Part shown: piece after piece, positions 42,861-52,806 of the stretch | Layout of the letters: each line of letters begins with the position of its first letter | How positions within the stretch are numbered: position 1 is the stretch's first letter | NCBI GenBank assembly: GCA_043811375.1 | Contig: JBDRNJ010000057.1 | Coordinates: forward strand, 1-64,000 | DNA from: a bacterium | GTDB taxonomy: Bacteria; Zixibacteria; MSB-5A5; GN15; FEB-12 | Length of the DNA stretch: 64,000 nt | Direction of reading: 5' to 3' | The notes under the pieces: model-generated | Database searches by the model: none | What the model saw: the letters and a program-made list of their open reading frames with translations, nothing else | Told to the model about the DNA's origin: nothing | Made by a program: the position numbers and the translations under genes

Positions 42861-43276
42861 ACGAAAAACAAGCAAGGGGTTCAGGGTACAACATCGCTGT
42901 TATGGTTGAGGATACCGATGCCTCATACGACCTGGTTCGGAGGTTGCTGAGCGAAGTCGCCCCCCCGGTGTACGTCAATCGGGCAAAGAATGTGGAGGCA
43001 CTTGACTTACTCCTTGAGAAGCTGAAGTCGCACGGGACAACACCTTCTGTGTTTATCGTAGACGTGTCCATTAATGAAGACACCGATGGCATCGTTCTGA
43101 TTGATCGACTGCATACGAATTACCCGGAGGTGCCCATAATCGCCTATTCCAAGTTTCCGCAATACGAAAACGAGACGCTGGCGTCTGGTGCAGGATGGTT
43201 TGTGCATAAGTTCACAGAGAAAGCCCCAAGCAGGTTGGCAGAGATCGTCCAGAAGATTGTGCGGGAGGATAGTTGA
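42857..43276 (+). CDS. Single-domain response regulator (paralog)
   Basis: MVED, IVDV, DGI, AYSK, GAGWFVHK. Confidence 0.85.
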   Translation: MNEKQARGSGYNIAVMVEDTDASYDLVRRLLSEVAPPVYVNRAKNVEALDLLLEKLKSHGTTPSVFIVDVSINEDTDGIVLIDRLHTNYPEVPIIAYSKFPQYENETLASGAGWFVHKFTEKAPSRLAEIVQKIVREDS

Positions 43277-43278
43277 GT

Positions 43279-44340
43279 ATGGAAGGCAGCACGCAAAACC
43301 CAAGGAAGAGTAAAAAGAGGGAGCGAATCATTGAGTACTTGTGGTTCAAAGCGACCAAGAAAAGGACTCTGCTTGTTTATTGGCACCCGTCGCTGTGCTG
43401 GAGCCTTCTGCTGAACGCCCTAAAAATCCCAATCAGATGGTACCAGGAATACTATTATGCACCTTTCAATCTTACTGGGACCTTTTACTTGCACACTGCT
43501 AGGAGAATCACCCAACTGATGTTCATAGTAATGTGCTACCTGACCTATCGGTATGGTTTGGGCGTTGGGTTTCTCTGGGTCGTCGGGCTGTTTTTTGTCC
43601 TTGTGCTAGTCGACTGTGTCGTGGCTCAGTGGACCGGGCTTCTGACGTTATCCTATGTGACCGATTCAACGCTGTTGGCGATCATTGCGTCAAACTACAG
43701 GAATCTCAGGTCACTACGTAGCTTAAGGGATATAGTTGCTAACAACCTTCTTGGTGACCACCCCGCTATGAATACACCCGAGGGAATGGTGCAAGAAGAT
43801 CAGGGTTTCAAGGAGGGTGTTGCCGAGATCTCTGAGGAGATTCTCATACGCCCGAATAAACAAAGAGTAGAAGTATTCAAGTTGGCCCTGCTTCCCCTGG
43901 GTCATGTGTTCAGTCTGCTGGTGTTCTGGGCGTTCATGGTGATTGCCATGCAAGCGGCGTGGGGCGGCTATGCCTTCAGGGGACTTCACCTGGCGAATGA
44001 GGATACCAGGTCGGTCAAGTCCTTTGGTCTCGATATGATCGACTGTGCCTACTTTTCTGCCGTCACGGTATCTACCATAGGCTACGGCCTGATCTTACCG
44101 GATGCTGCACCCGACGAGAAGGTGCGGACGGATTGTACACAGCGGATGCCCCAGACCACGTGGGTGCGATTCATAACTCTCGGCGTAATGTTGGTTGTGA
44201 TTATTACGATTATTGGCACCTTCAACCTGACCTTTCAATCGGTGCAAGCGGTAACGCAGGCTCTCGGGGATTCAGATCGTGTCCAGCGAGTAGTGAGGCT
44301 CTATGCGATAGATGAAATCAAGTACCCGTTGGTGAGATAA
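43279..44340 (+). CDS. Potassium channel family membrane protein
   Basis: Several TM segments; AYFSAVTVSTIGYG pore helix and selectivity filter flanked by two TM helices. Confidence 0.8.
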   Translation: MEGSTQNPRKSKKRERIIEYLWFKATKKRTLLVYWHPSLCWSLLLNALKIPIRWYQEYYYAPFNLTGTFYLHTARRITQLMFIVMCYLTYRYGLGVGFLWVVGLFFVLVLVDCVVAQWTGLLTLSYVTDSTLLAIIASNYRNLRSLRSLRDIVANNLLGDHPAMNTPEGMVQEDQGFKEGVAEISEEILIRPNKQRVEVFKLALLPLGHVFSLLVFWAFMVIAMQAAWGGYAFRGLHLANEDTRSVKSFGLDMIDCAYFSAVTVSTIGYGLILPDAAPDEKVRTDCTQRMPQTTWVRFITLGVMLVVIITIIGTFNLTFQSVQAVTQALGDSDRVQRVVRLYAIDEIKYPLVR

Positions 44341-44363
44341 CCAACATCATGGAGGATTTGAAA

Positions 44364-45548
44364 ATGTATTGTCGAATCAAAGCTATGTGGGTCCTCGTGG
44401 GGCTGGTGGCCGTTGTGGTCATGCTGGCCGGCTGCTCCAAGGAGGCCGGCAGGCAACAGGAGTATAAGATTGCAGCCATTCTCCCGATCAGCGGTCCTAA
44501 CGCCGCACAGGGAATAGGAATGATGAACTCGTGCAAGGCAGCCATTGACGAGTTGAAGCGTACCGGCAAGCTAAAGGACATACAGTTGAAACTGATGGAG
44601 CTTGACGACGAGTCTAAGCCGGAGGCAGCGGTGCGAGCCGCCGAACGTGCGGCTCAAGATCCGAAAGTTGTGGCCGTTACTGCCCATTGGAACAGTGGCT
44701 GCGCTTTGGCGACCAATCCGGTGTTTCACAGCCATGGTCTGGCCAATCTGGTACCTGCCGCGATCAATTCGAAGATCACCCTTGAGCAGGAGGGTGATGA
44801 GATATTTCGCATCGATCCCCATGACCTGATCATCGTGGAGTACGCAGCCCGATTCGCCGTCACGAGAGAAGACTGGAAGCGGGTCTACGTCATCGATGAC
44901 AACACTTTTTATGGCAAAGAGCTGGCGCGCAAGTTCCGCGGATTCTATGAACAGGATGGCCGAACTGTGATTGGCCAGGACGCCGTCAACGTAGGGGAGC
45001 AGGACTTCACCGCACTGCTGACGCGGATCGACGGATCCTCGCCCGACGTAATCTTCTTCGGGGGCGTGGTGGCCGAGGCAGCCCTGATTCGTCGACAAAT
45101 GAAGACAGTGGGTATGGAAGCTGATTTCATCAGCCTCACCGGGATATTCACGGAGTCGTTCATAAAGGCCGCCGGTCCCGCCGCGGAGGGTGCATTCTCG
45201 GTTACGGTGGTGCCACCGATCGATCTGCTCCCGGGATCGGATGAGTTTCTTGCCGCCTATGAGCGCGGCAAATACAGTCATCCCCATGAGGCGTGGGGTG
45301 TCTATGCATACGCATCTATTCAAGTCTTGGCGGAGGCCATTAGTCGATCGCTGCCAAACCCGGACCGCCGTACCGTTATCGATCAGCTAAAGACAGGCGA
45401 GTTTGAGACTGTGCTGGGCGATATGCGCTTTGATAGCGACGGGCAAACGACTCTCGTCACTCTGTTCATATACGAAGTCACAGATGGTCAATGGGTACCC
45501 AGATACTATGTTGCGGGATCTGGTGAGTTGGCTCCATTTGAGAGTTAG
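44364..45548 (+). CDS. LivK-like branched-chain amino acid ABC substrate-binding lipoprotein
   Basis: LAGC lipobox; PISGPNA, AHWNSG, YGKELA, DFTALL. Confidence 0.88.
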   Translation: MYCRIKAMWVLVGLVAVVVMLAGCSKEAGRQQEYKIAAILPISGPNAAQGIGMMNSCKAAIDELKRTGKLKDIQLKLMELDDESKPEAAVRAAERAAQDPKVVAVTAHWNSGCALATNPVFHSHGLANLVPAAINSKITLEQEGDEIFRIDPHDLIIVEYAARFAVTREDWKRVYVIDDNTFYGKELARKFRGFYEQDGRTVIGQDAVNVGEQDFTALLTRIDGSSPDVIFFGGVVAEAALIRRQMKTVGMEADFISLTGIFTESFIKAAGPAAEGAFSVTVVPPIDLLPGSDEFLAAYERGKYSHPHEAWGVYAYASIQVLAEAISRSLPNPDRRTVIDQLKTGEFETVLGDMRFDSDGQTTLVTLFIYEVTDGQWVPRYYVAGSGELAPFES

Positions 45549-46460
45549 ATGGAACTTCAACAACTGTTAAACTTTCTCACTCTGGGATGCGTCTATACCA
45601 CCGTGGCCCTGGGTTTTACTCTGTACTTCGGAACCGTAAACCTGATAAACTTCGCTCACGGTGAGTTGTGTATGCTGGCCGCCTTCGGAGCCCTGATGGC
45701 CACTCGGCTTTTCGATCTGCATCTCGGCCAAATCGGCTGGGGCTGGATTCTGGTGACTACCGCCGCAGGTATGCTGTTGACCATTGGTGTCGGCTGGCTG
45801 TCGTATTGGTCCATCTTCCGGAGAATCAGGGGGCGTCCGCTGATCGAAGGGCTCCTTGTATCCATCGCGCTTTCAATGCTGCTCCGTGAACTGATACTGC
45901 ACCTGTATCCGAACGGGGGAAATCCGCAGCCGTTTCCGGACCCCTTTCACCTGGAGTATCTACAGATCGGTGATATTACGATCTCCTACATGCGGTTGAC
46001 CGCGCTTCTCATTTGTGGTGGTTTGACGGTGCTATTCTACTTCTTGGTCCTGCGAACGGATGTGGGCCGCGTCATGAGGGCCATTTCCCAGGACCCCGAA
46101 GCGGCCGTGATGATGGGTCTACCCGTCGAACGAATCATCGGCTGGTCATTCGTGATTGGGTCCGCTCTAGCCGGCATTGCCGGCATCATGACAGGAGCTC
46201 TTTACGGCAGCGTGAAATTCGATATGGGAATAATGCTGGGCGTAAAAGGTTTTGTGGCCGCCGTCGTCGGAGGGCTCGACAACCCTAGGGGGGCGCTTAT
46301 GGGGGGACTGATGGTTGCCGGCCTTGAGGTCTTTGTGGTGGGATCGTTTGCCGGTGGTTCGGCATATCGTGATATAGTGGTCTTCGCCGTCTTGATCGGA
46401 TTGATCCTGATTCGCCCCCAGGGGCTTCTGGGAAGGAAAGTGGCCCTTGGCAGCAGCTAG
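45549..46460 (+). CDS. LivH-like ABC permease
   Basis: ALGFTL...INFAHGE; GRVMRAISQD; KGFVAAVVGG. Confidence 0.9.
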   Translation: MELQQLLNFLTLGCVYTTVALGFTLYFGTVNLINFAHGELCMLAAFGALMATRLFDLHLGQIGWGWILVTTAAGMLLTIGVGWLSYWSIFRRIRGRPLIEGLLVSIALSMLLRELILHLYPNGGNPQPFPDPFHLEYLQIGDITISYMRLTALLICGGLTVLFYFLVLRTDVGRVMRAISQDPEAAVMMGLPVERIIGWSFVIGSALAGIAGIMTGALYGSVKFDMGIMLGVKGFVAAVVGGLDNPRGALMGGLMVAGLEVFVVGSFAGGSAYRDIVVFAVLIGLILIRPQGLLGRKVALGSS

Positions 46461-47595
46461 GACTATTGCGGTCAACGTGATCGGCGCGGCCGTCCTGGTG
46501 GGTGCGCTGGCCGTTATAATGGCCACCAAGGATACGTACGTTGGGTACGGCCTGATTGCCGTCGCTGTATTCCTGCTGGCTTCTTACCGACTTCGCCTCA
46601 AGACCGCAAGTGGTCAGAAGTCGATCTTACGGGTTAATCCCCGTTCTTCGGGGTTCGTCATTGCATTGGTGGCATCGCTGGCATTACTGCCGTTGCTGCA
46701 GGTTGATCAAACCTATTCCCTCTACATTGAAACCAGGATGTTGGTCTTGGCGGTCAGCCTGCTCGCCTTTTCGGCCACCCTCGGCATGACGGGAATGGTG
46801 GATATCGGAATCGGTGCCTACTTGGGTACCGGGGCATACATATCTGCCCGCTTGAGCATGAGCCTTGGCCTGCCCGTACCGGTTGCGGTCACCGTCGCCA
46901 TACTAGCTTCTCTTCTGCTTGGTCTTCTACTGGGGCTGATAGTGGTGCGATCCCGCGGACACTATTTCGCCCTGGTCACTCTTGGGCTGGGACTAGTCTT
47001 CTATCATGTATTCGTTCAGGCTGAGGCGGTTACCCTGGGCGTGGATGGAATAGCGAATGTCCCCCGCTTCTCATCATCAATCTTCCAAGCGATCGACGCT
47101 GCGGACTCAACCCAGCTGATCCGGCGCGATTACGCCCTCGACTTCTACACTGCCCTGGTCATCTTTGCATTGGTTCTCGTGTTTATCCTTCGGCTTGATG
47201 CCAGTCAGTTGGGACGAGATTTGAGAGCGACCAAAGATGATGAAACAGCAGCCACGAGCGTTGGATTGGATGTTTTGCGCCTTCGCGTTTTGGCCTACGC
47301 CGTCAGTGCGGGGATTGCCGGCCTAGCTGGGGCTATGCATGCCCATACCGTGGGTTACATTGCACCCGGCGATTTTGGCTTCAAACAGTCGGTCTTTCTG
47401 ATCGCGATTGCAGTCCTCGGTGGTTCGGGCAGTCCGATGGCATCGGTTGGTGCCGCCTTTGGAATACTGATACTCGAGGAGAAGCTGAGGGGATTCGGCG
47501 ATTTGCGTATTATTCTGATCGCCTGTTCCATCCTGGCTATCATTCTATACCGAGCGAGGATTCGCTCCGCAGGTCGATATGAAACCCAAAGCTGA
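46447..47595 (+). CDS. LivM-like ABC permease
   Basis: RGHYFALVTLG; GRDLRATKDDE; AGLAGAM. Confidence 0.88.
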   Translation: MAAARTIAVNVIGAAVLVGALAVIMATKDTYVGYGLIAVAVFLLASYRLRLKTASGQKSILRVNPRSSGFVIALVASLALLPLLQVDQTYSLYIETRMLVLAVSLLAFSATLGMTGMVDIGIGAYLGTGAYISARLSMSLGLPVPVAVTVAILASLLLGLLLGLIVVRSRGHYFALVTLGLGLVFYHVFVQAEAVTLGVDGIANVPRFSSSIFQAIDAADSTQLIRRDYALDFYTALVIFALVLVFILRLDASQLGRDLRATKDDETAATSVGLDVLRLRVLAYAVSAGIAGLAGAMHAHTVGYIAPGDFGFKQSVFLIAIAVLGGSGSPMASVGAAFGILILEEKLRGFGDLRIILIACSILAIILYRARIRSAGRYETQS

Positions 47596-48385
47596 CCAGC
47601 CTATGTTGTTGCGGGTATCGGGACTGGGAAAGTCCTTTGGCGGACTGATGGCTCTGAGGGACTTTCATCTGTCTGTTCCCCAGGGTGAGATCTGCGGTAT
47701 CATGGGTCCCAACGGTTCGGGGAAAACGGTTTTTTTCGATCTTGTTTCCGGATTCATCACCCCCGATACGGGACGGATTTTCTTCGGCGAGGCGAACCGG
47801 GACATCACGAGATTGCCGTCCCACGCCCGAACCACCCAGGGGATCGCCAGGACCTTTCAACACCAACGGTTGTTCAGCAGTCTGACTACCGAAGAGAACG
47901 TAATAGCCGGTCTCGGATCTCGATCGGCCTGGGAAAACCTGAAGGAGATACTGCTGCCTCCAAACGCCAGGGCGTTGAGAGCAGTTCGAAGATCGAAGGC
48001 GGAAAGGATCATGCGCCGTTTTCCGGACCGCCTGATGCCACGTCGTCACGAGTCCTGCCTTGCCCTGTCATATGCCAATCGCCGGCGCTTGGAGATTGCG
48101 CGAGCCTTAGTCGGGCATCCGAGGCTGGTGCTTCTGGACGAGCCTACGGCGGGGATGAACCCTCGAGATACTTACGAACTGCAAACCCTGATTCACCACA
48201 TGAAATCCGAAGGTGTTACCTTTGTGATTATCGAACACAAGCTGTTCTTCTTTGAGGACCTCGCCGATCGCATAGTCGTGCTGGATCAGGGCACCAAGAT
48301 CGCTGAGGGACGAATACAGGACATCCGTCGTAACGCTGACGTTAGCGCAGCCTACCTGGGAGTGACCAATGCTTCTGACAGTTGA
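47579..48385 (+). CDS. LivG-like ABC ATPase
   Basis: FGGL, GPNGSGKT, ARTFQ, LLDEPTAG. Confidence 0.9.
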   Translation: MKPKADQPMLLRVSGLGKSFGGLMALRDFHLSVPQGEICGIMGPNGSGKTVFFDLVSGFITPDTGRIFFGEANRDITRLPSHARTTQGIARTFQHQRLFSSLTTEENVIAGLGSRSAWENLKEILLPPNARALRAVRRSKAERIMRRFPDRLMPRRHESCLALSYANRRRLEIARALVGHPRLVLLDEPTAGMNPRDTYELQTLIHHMKSEGVTFVIIEHKLFFFEDLADRIVVLDQGTKIAEGRIQDIRRNADVSAAYLGVTNASDS

Positions 48386-49088
48386 GGGACTATCGGTCAG
48401 TGTTGGTGGCTTTCCGGTCCTCAAGGAGGTCGACCTGGAAGTGGCCCAGGGCGAAATAGTAGCCCTGTTGGGGGCCAACGCATCAGGTAAGACCACGACC
48501 TTGAAGTCAATCTTGGGGATGTACAATCCGACGGCGGGGCGCATCCTATTCAACGGTGCCGTCATCACGCACCTTAGTACGAAGGAACGAGTTGGATTGG
48601 GAATAGCCATCGTGCCTGAAAACAGGCGTCTGTTTCCGGCATTGACCGTACAGGAGAACCTCAGCCTGACTCGCCGGTACCTGCCGGACTCCCGGCGTGA
48701 CGAGGTTGAGTCGTTCTGCCGCGATCGGTTTCCGTTATTTCAGACCGAACGGAGAATGAGTCAATTGGCCGGAACGCTCAGCGGTGGCGAACAGCAACAG
48801 GTAGCCATGGCCCGAGCGCTCATGCTCAATCCGCGCCTGTTGCTGTTGGATGAACCGTCGATGGGGATGTCCGTGAAATTGGTGCATGAAAACTTCGCGA
48901 TTCTTCAAGATGTGGCCGCCATGGGGATCGGCGTGCTGTTGGTCGAACAGAATGTGAGCATGTCTTTGAACATTTCAACGCGGGCTTACGTTCTCAGAGA
49001 TGGTGCCGTGATACTTAGAGGCGCCTCTGGTAATCTGTTGAGTGATAGAATGATACAACGGTCATTCATGGGTGATTTCGTTTCGTGA
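48369..49088 (+). CDS. LivF-like ABC ATPase
   Basis: GANASGKTT, LSGGEQQ, LDEPSMG, LVEQN. Confidence 0.9.
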   Translation: MLLTVEGLSVSVGGFPVLKEVDLEVAQGEIVALLGANASGKTTTLKSILGMYNPTAGRILFNGAVITHLSTKERVGLGIAIVPENRRLFPALTVQENLSLTRRYLPDSRRDEVESFCRDRFPLFQTERRMSQLAGTLSGGEQQQVAMARALMLNPRLLLLDEPSMGMSVKLVHENFAILQDVAAMGIGVLLVEQNVSMSLNISTRAYVLRDGAVILRGASGNLLSDRMIQRSFMGDFVS

Positions 49089-49148
49089 AGTGGTATATTC
49101 AAGTTTTCCCCGGCCTTGACCGAAACAACATACAGAGGTGTATCAGTT

Positions 49149-49964
49149 ATGAGAGTTGATGCGAGTAGACAGTATGACCAGGAGACAGCCGTGATGAAAC
49201 CCATTCGCAGGGAAGAGCATCGACTACCATTGTTCTCGTGCCGAGGCTTGGCCACATACCGGGTTCATGATTTGGACATACGTCTTCAAATGACTCCTGA
49301 TAATGTGTTCCCACCGAGTGAGACGAGCCTTGTTCTTGCAGAGATCGTGGCACAAACGCCGGTCGAATCGGCGTTGGACATCGGTACCGGATGCGGCGTC
49401 CTGGCGATTTCTCTGGCGTTGACAGGATGCCGCCAAGTGACGGCGATTGACTGCAACAGTACGGCCATAGCGTGCGCCAGAGAAAACGCCCGTTTAAACG
49501 GCTTGGAGAACCGGATTGAGTTCCTTGCCGAGGACGCTTATGCCTATCAGCCCGAATCTAGGTTTGATCTGGTTGTCACAAACCCTCCGTTTTTGCCGAT
49601 TATTCCGGGTCGTCGGTTTAGGTCAGACAAGATCATGCAGGCCATAGATGGAGGGGCTGTGGGTGCCGACCATATCGTCGGATTTGCCCGGCGTGCAAAA
49701 GATCTTCTCGCACCCACCGGCAAATTCGTTGTAGCCGTTCCTCACTTCGTGTCGTTGGACCTGGTCTTAAGCAAATTGAAGGAACTGTACAGCCTTCGAC
49801 TCCTAAGGCAGGAGCCGATCCGATTCTGGCTGGCCGAGTATGACCCTGACTATCGAAATCACATAATCGCTTTGGTAGCCAAGGGAGTGTCCGAAGCCTC
49901 GGAGTCACGTGAAGGTCTTGTGATGAGTAAGCTCTCCGTATTCGAGTGTTCACCTTATTCGTAG
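49149..49964 (+). CDS. Class I SAM-dependent methyltransferase, PrmC/HemK-like (NPPF)
   Basis: VFPP, LDIGTGCG, AID, VTNPPF, DGG. Start uncertain. Confidence 0.85.
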   Translation: MRVDASRQYDQETAVMKPIRREEHRLPLFSCRGLATYRVHDLDIRLQMTPDNVFPPSETSLVLAEIVAQTPVESALDIGTGCGVLAISLALTGCRQVTAIDCNSTAIACARENARLNGLENRIEFLAEDAYAYQPESRFDLVVTNPPFLPIIPGRRFRSDKIMQAIDGGAVGADHIVGFARRAKDLLAPTGKFVVAVPHFVSLDLVLSKLKELYSLRLLRQEPIRFWLAEYDPDYRNHIIALVAKGVSEASESREGLVMSKLSVFECSPYS

Positions 49965-50007
49965 ACAGTCATGACACTAGGGACGAACATACCGTGTAAC
50001 GGTGTGC

Positions 50008-50297
50008 GTCACAGAATCGTCACAGGTTTCTTTGAGACCCTTTCAACCCCTTGACGGAGTGAATATTGTCGGATGCATGCTTGTGCCGTGAATTCGAGTC
50101 ACGTTTTTCATCGACTGCGGTACACTTCGTCAAGAGATTGACGGTAGGTTCGTACGTTGGGAAACCCCGCTCAGGACTGGCGATTTCGGGTCCGATCGAT
50201 TAATGCGAACAAGAGGTGATGCGTATTTTGATCGACTTCGAGACTCGTGGTGGGAGTTCGCGTCCGCTGTCATAGATCGCTGTGACAGATTTGTGAC
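50008..50297. repeat. Two GTCACA-N5-GTCACA direct-repeat boxes in inverted orientation (50008-50024 and 50281-50297)
   Basis: gtcaca gaatc gtcaca, and tgtgac agatt tgtgac. Confidence 0.65.
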
Positions 50298-50344
50298 ACT
50301 CCGGGGTTGATAAGACTCGAACCCCCGCGAACCACAGACTTCAC

Positions 50345-51931
50345 TCAATTGGGCATACTAGCGTCTTTTACGCGAAAGGTCAGTACCACCTCCCTGCGCT
50401 CAGGATCATAGGAAATCGATTCGAGCAACTCACGTATCATTTTGGTCTTCTCGCGCTCTACCAGCACTTCCCACAACGATCCAAACCGCGCCAGGGCATC
50501 GATCAAGTGATCCTTGTCGACAGTCTCTGATGCAACTTGATCACGTTCCATGTCGATTTCGTTGATCCTGTGATCCAAACGGCCCAGGAGTTTTTCTGAC
50601 TCTTTCAACCGTTCCCCAACCGTTGTAAGGGGCGTGTCGGAAGAGGCAATGGCCGCGACCAGACGTTCAATCTTCTCCTCGAGTCGGCACTTCTGCTCGG
50701 AGAGCCGCTCGCGATCCTGCTTCAGCTTTGTGGCATGGCGTTCTCTTCGCTTCACAGCTTCGGCAAACGCTTGCTCCCTTAGACCCGGATCTTCTCCGAT
50801 ACGTCCGATCATTGCCACCACATGGTTCTCGATCTCCTGTGCAGGCAGTGGCCGGGTATCACAGACTTCCCGACCTCGCTTCTGCTTTGTTGTGCAGAGG
50901 TAATAACGATAGAGCCTGTTCTGCTTCTTGGCATACGTGTGGGCCATAGCAGCACCGCAGTTTCCGCACTTCATTAGCCCCTTCAACAGTCCCATATGCG
51001 GGTAACGGGTGGCTTTCTTACCGGCATGCGTGTTCTTCCGGATCAGTGCTTGGACTTGATCGAAAACGGACATGTCAATGATAGCCGAGTGTTCGCCCGG
51101 CAATATCTGACTCTTGTGGTTTACCTGACCGTTATAGGTCACATTAGTCAGGATTCGTTGGAGTCGGGCCTTGTCGAAAGGCACCCCCTTGCGCAGGGTA
51201 CCTTTCTTGGTGAGATGAGATTTTGTCTTCCAGCCTCGACGATTAGCCTCTTGGGCCACTTTCAGCATCGATTTCTTCTCTAAGTACAGGTCAAACAGAC
51301 CCCGCACTATCTTGACCTCCTCCGGGTTGAGCACCAGTCGCTTGCGGTCACGGTCGATGTCATATCCGAGCACCGGCGGCCCCCCCAGCCACTTCCCCTT
51401 GCGCCGCGCGGCACACATTTTGTCCGACGTCCTCTCCGATATTATTTCCCGCTCAAATTGAGCAAAGGACAGAAGGACGTTAAGAACCAGTCTCCCCATC
51501 GACGTTGCGGTATTGAACTGTTGTGTGATCGAGACAAACGAAACCTGGTTGACCTCGAAGACTTCCATCAATCGGGCGAAGTCCAGAAGCGACCGGGAAA
51601 GGCGGTCTACCTTGTAGACTAGAACGCAGTCGATCCGGCCGCTCTGAATATCAGCAAGCAATCTCAGGAGAGCCGGCCGGTCAGTATTACCACCCGTGAA
51701 GCCGCCATCATCGTACTGGTCCGACAATGGCAGCCATCCCTGTGACCGCTGGCTCTTGATGAACGCCTCACAGGCTTCTCGTTGGGCATCAAGCGTGGAG
51801 AAGTCGGAGTCCAACCCTTCGGTGGTCGACTTGCGAGTGTAGATGGCACAGCGAATTGTCTTCGCCGAAGTGAAGAGCCTCTCGATTTGCCCTCTGCCGT
51901 TATCGTGGCGTTGACTGGCAAGTGGGGTCAA
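50345..51931 (-). CDS. Large serine recombinase (resolvase + recombinase + zinc ribbon)
   Basis: YTRKST catalytic Ser, KVDRLSRS, FAQFERE, GGxPxLGY, CGNCG...YYLC. Confidence 0.95.
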   Translation of the reverse strand: MTPLASQRHDNGRGQIERLFTSAKTIRCAIYTRKSTTEGLDSDFSTLDAQREACEAFIKSQRSQGWLPLSDQYDDGGFTGGNTDRPALLRLLADIQSGRIDCVLVYKVDRLSRSLLDFARLMEVFEVNQVSFVSITQQFNTATSMGRLVLNVLLSFAQFEREIISERTSDKMCAARRKGKWLGGPPVLGYDIDRDRKRLVLNPEEVKIVRGLFDLYLEKKSMLKVAQEANRRGWKTKSHLTKKGTLRKGVPFDKARLQRILTNVTYNGQVNHKSQILPGEHSAIIDMSVFDQVQALIRKNTHAGKKATRYPHMGLLKGLMKCGNCGAAMAHTYAKKQNRLYRYYLCTTKQKRGREVCDTRPLPAQEIENHVVAMIGRIGEDPGLREQAFAEAVKRRERHATKLKQDRERLSEQKCRLEEKIERLVAAIASSDTPLTTVGERLKESEKLLGRLDHRINEIDMERDQVASETVDKDHLIDALARFGSLWEVLVEREKTKMIRELLESISYDPERREVVLTFRVKDASMPN

Positions 51932-51933
51932 CG

Positions 51934-52446
51934 CTACTTACTCCCTCTCTTTGTCAGTCCAAAGAACAGAAACCCATTCCAGATTGAGCCGGTGATATGT
52001 CTGGCCAGAGCCGACAGCGACCGGAACTGTTGACCGGCGTATTCAAATCCGTTCTCAAGGACCCGCACGTTGATTTTCTTGCCCTTATAAGTCTTGGTAA
52101 TGGTGGTCCCGACCTTGGGCAGTCGGGGATCGGTGGCACCCAAAGGGCGAGATTGTCGCTTCCTGGGCTGCTTCGCACTGCCTTTGGCCTTCGTGGAATT
52201 ACGCACCAGCCGCTTGCGCTTCGGATTGAACTTAGATGTCAGCGCCGAGTCGGATGACCCTTTTGACTCCGCCTGCCCGCTGGCCGCCTGTAGTTTTTTG
52301 GCTATGGCAGCGTAGAGATATTTACGGCTGCGAGATTTTGACTCCTTTCCGAAGATTTTGGCGTATTCTTCCCTCAATTCTTTCAGCCCCATCTTTTGCA
52401 GAGCAGAGATGCGCTGCCAATTCTGGTTCGTCTGGTCGTCCTTCAT
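51934..52446 (-). CDS. DUF2924 domain protein
   Basis: GTTITKTYKG...GFEYAG...SLSALARHITGSIWNGFLFFGL; ATG 52446 after AAGGAG. Confidence 0.85.
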   Translation of the reverse strand: MKDDQTNQNWQRISALQKMGLKELREEYAKIFGKESKSRSRKYLYAAIAKKLQAASGQAESKGSSDSALTSKFNPKRKRLVRNSTKAKGSAKQPRKRQSRPLGATDPRLPKVGTTITKTYKGKKINVRVLENGFEYAGQQFRSLSALARHITGSIWNGFLFFGLTKRGSK

Positions 52447-52741
52447 GCGATAACTCCTTGTTATAAAGTCAGTTAAGTGTTGCTTGGACACCGTACTGAA
52501 TCGCTGAGAATGAGGAGAAGTCAAGCGGAAAGATGGCCGATCGAGTACTTTCTGGACGCCAGAAACGGCACGTAATCCGTTGTTTATCAGGAACATGGGG
52601 CAGTCCTTGAGTGCTCGCATGTCACTAAACCAGACGGCGCCTGACCATCAGGCGGCAGGCGAACTTATACTATGTGGCAGGGAGGACTGCCGCCCGCAGG
52701 AGGTAGCAGGGACCGATCTCTATCCCGTCAAAAAAAAGCGC

Positions 52742-52770
52742 TTGACAAACGTTTTTACATTTTGTATTGT
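52742..52770 (+). promoter_or_regulatory. Sigma70 promoter
   Basis: TTGACA-17 nt-TATTGT. Confidence 0.65.
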
Positions 52771-52806
52771 ATCCAACAGACAATTTACAAACGGAGCCCA
52801 TGTATT

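Noticed and set aside
50300..50335. tRNA 3'-half remnant (att site) on the minus strand
   Set aside because: It contains GGTTCGAGTC, but the T stem pairs poorly and it does not match tRNA-Asn.
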